NCBI GenBank assembly: GCA_000165425.1
Contig: CT868014.1
Location: 248,001 to 271,968 of the forward strand
DNA from: Paramecium tetraurelia
Lineage: Eukaryota
DNA: 23,968 nucleotides
Direction of reading: 5' to 3'
Below are positions 21,468 through 23,968 of this stretch, one piece after another. Position 1 is the first letter of the stretch; every line of letters begins with the position of its first letter. Under the pieces are notes generated by a model, which saw only the letters and a program-made list of their open reading frames with translations, searched no databases and was not told where the DNA came from. Both the position numbers and the translations under genes were made by a program.

Positions 21468-23968
21468 ATGATAAAGCACTCAATATTTTATTCAATTTAA
21501 AGTACTTTGATTTTTGCGACCTGTGAAATTTTACACACTAATTCAACATTATTGCACATCTTTTTTGACTCAGTATAAATATAAAAGTTACAAAAAATCT
21601 ATGAACCTTACAATCCCTTGATCATTCTTGGCAAAAGCTCCTTATCATGCGCATCCCACTGTAAGATAACTACTTCTTTATGCAAAAAAGAATATTCAAT
21701 AACTATAAATATGATGATAAATATAATATCCAATTTAAATATTATTTATTGAGACATAGAAATCTTTCAAAATTATATGATGTAGCTAGCAATGAAAGAA
21801 TTACTATTTTCTGAACCAAATAATTCTTATAATTATAACTATTTAATAAAAACTAGATTTTTCCTCATAATTGAAATACCAATAAGATTACTAAAGCTAT
21901 TAGTATTAAATCTAAAATAAAAGTCAAATCCTATAATTTTGTACAAAGAATTAGAGATTTTAATTACATATTCAAGATAATGTTTGTTACTTTAAGAAGG
22001 TTTGAATCATAATATTTTCGATTACATAAAATTAGGAAAAAGCGAGAATTTTCTTATTTGTCATTTGATTTAATTCCTCTTTTCCATTTAATTGTAGCGA
22101 AATTACTTTAGGACATGCCAATAATATTTAAAATTTAAATTGATATTTTGACGACATATACATAGATATGAGAGTTCCGAAAGTAAAAAAAATGAAGAAA
22201 ATTAATATTCTATAACATAGGATTAATCAAAAGTTTATGTAAATAATTTAGGCATCAAAATTATAAAAGTAACTTATATTATTATTCAACATAATATTTT
22301 TCTTAAATAGCAAATTTAAAATGATCCAATCAGATATATCAAGAAGGGAGACTCCACTATAAAGAATTTAATGTAAAAATCTCTGAAAAGGCTAGATGAG
22401 TGAACAGAATAGTCCCTTTAAAAAATAATTTATCTTTCATTTATTATGATGGAGGATTTTATGAATTATTTAACATGAATATAGAAGAACTTATTCTAAA
22501 GGGAAAACTTCCTGATAAATTAACGTTTTTTCTTGAACTTTACACAAAGTAATTTTTAACAATATTTAAAAGATTTTTGGTATTTCATGATACCCACAGA
22601 TGTTTAAATCAAAATATTAGACTTGAATGTTAATTAAGCCAACCTTAATTTGCTTTTAGATCAAATGAAAAAATAGTAATAAATAGTGACGAATTGACTA
22701 GAGAAATATTTAATGATAGTAATATAATATTAGATATTATGAATTTAGGCTTTACTTTCTCGATTGTAAGGCGAAAAGGCTAAATATTTGATATCCTAAG
22801 AATTAGAAAAGTAAAACTCAAATAAAAGTTTTTCTAATCTCACCCGGTACAATTTAGCATGAAATGAAAATTATAAATTTCTCTAATCTAACTAATCCTT
22901 AGTAAAAATTTCAAGCTTCTGAATGAAATAGAATGGTAAAATTGTGATATAGAATTTCTAAATATATTCAAGCTCAATCAAATGAGAGGGACTTTTCATC
23001 ATAAGAATTACAGAAATTAATGGTTTATAGTAATATTGATTTGAGAGAGCAAAAAAATTGAATATCAAATATGCGTAAATCGTAAGCTAAATTTTTAATT
23101 TTAGAGAGTTTTGTATGAATTGATAATCCTATGGAAGTAAATGATGTACTTTGGCGTTTGTTAAACATTAAAGAGACCAGCCAATTCTCTTAAAATATAA
23201 AACATGTTTGATGTTTCTAGAAATAGTTGCGATTTCATCAAAATATAAGATTCATTGTATTATGTTAAACAATTTATAGAGTTAATTCTTATGATTTGTA
23301 TTTTATATTATACAGATCATTTGCATATGAATTATTAAAAAATATCATTTTTAATACAATTTGTATTAAAGATTAAATTTTTACTATTATAGTTGAATTT
23401 AGAATCATCCTTATTCTTCAAGGATTATTAATTTAACACAGAGATTAATAATTAAGTAATCATCTAGATCATATAAAGTATAAATTAAAATAAGATAGTG
23501 AATGTTGAGGAAATAAACAATACACGTAGAAAGGTGTTTAAACTTGTTTTTTTATGAATATAAAGAAAACAAGCGAGATACTGTTTTCGCTCTTATGCAT
23601 TCATCTTTCCATACTTTGGTGAATGAAGATATTTACTATCATATATTCTAACAGGATAGTGTTGATGGAATCCATCATGAAATATAGTAAATTATACTTA
23701 GCATGCTTTAATCAAATTCACCCAATCCAAAAAGTTAATCTATGAGTGATGTTCCAATAATATTTACAATTAATTAGAATTATTCATGAAATTATTAATA
23801 ATCATATTACTATCATTAATATTGATTAGAAAATGTTGTAGAAATAATGAAGGAAGAAAAAAATCAATTATAAGAGGAAATTATAGAAATGTGCTGTAGT
23901 TAAATAGTGGAGCCCTTATAAGTTCAAGAAAAATGAACAATTTTTTTGAAGGAGGTTAAACATCATTG
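21468..23968 (+). pseudogene. Probable decayed large secreted or surface protein gene, continuing past the window edge
   Basis: A signal-peptide-like start (MIKHSIFYSIQSTLIFATCE) is followed by successive I/F/Y/N-rich open segments in different frames, each ended by TGA without intron-like junctions. One example is DGGFYELFNMNIEELILKGKLPDKL..FQSHPVQFSMK at about 22448-22867. Confidence 0.4.

Noticed and set aside
1..23968. Telomeric repeats, transposons, CRISPR arrays or prokaryotic operon and defence systems
   Set aside because: Only isolated TTGGGG hexamers and short (TA)n runs occur. I saw no tandem telomeric tract, transposase motifs, terminal inverted repeats or repeat-spacer arrays. 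Spliceosomal introns and code 6 show the DNA is ciliate nuclear.

Overview
Very AT-rich, gene-dense eukaryotic DNA that reads as a ciliate macronuclear chromosome, most likely Paramecium. TAA/TAG encode Gln, TGA is the only stop (translation table 6), and genes carry tiny 22-32 nt GT..AG introns. The supplied standard-code ORF track therefore shows only fragments and antisense shadows. Manual re-translation gives, left to right: a hypothetical gene running off the left edge (-); an FG/LG-repeat nucleoporin with a coiled-coil C-terminus (-); an Integrator subunit 6 (INTS6) homologue with a +1 frameshift near its 5' end (-); a CAMK-group Ser/Thr kinase (+); a hypothetical gene (-); a WCGPC thioredoxin (-); two tandem membrane-anchored pepsin-fold genes with degenerate catalytic motifs (-); and a 1569-aa macro-WWE-WWE-ART (H-Y-I) PARP14-like mono-ADP-ribosyltransferase with a TPR-like N-terminus (+). 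Several stretches between these look like decayed genes. I found no RNA genes, transposons, telomeric tracts or CRISPR arrays. Homology calls come from recalled family motifs, not database searches.
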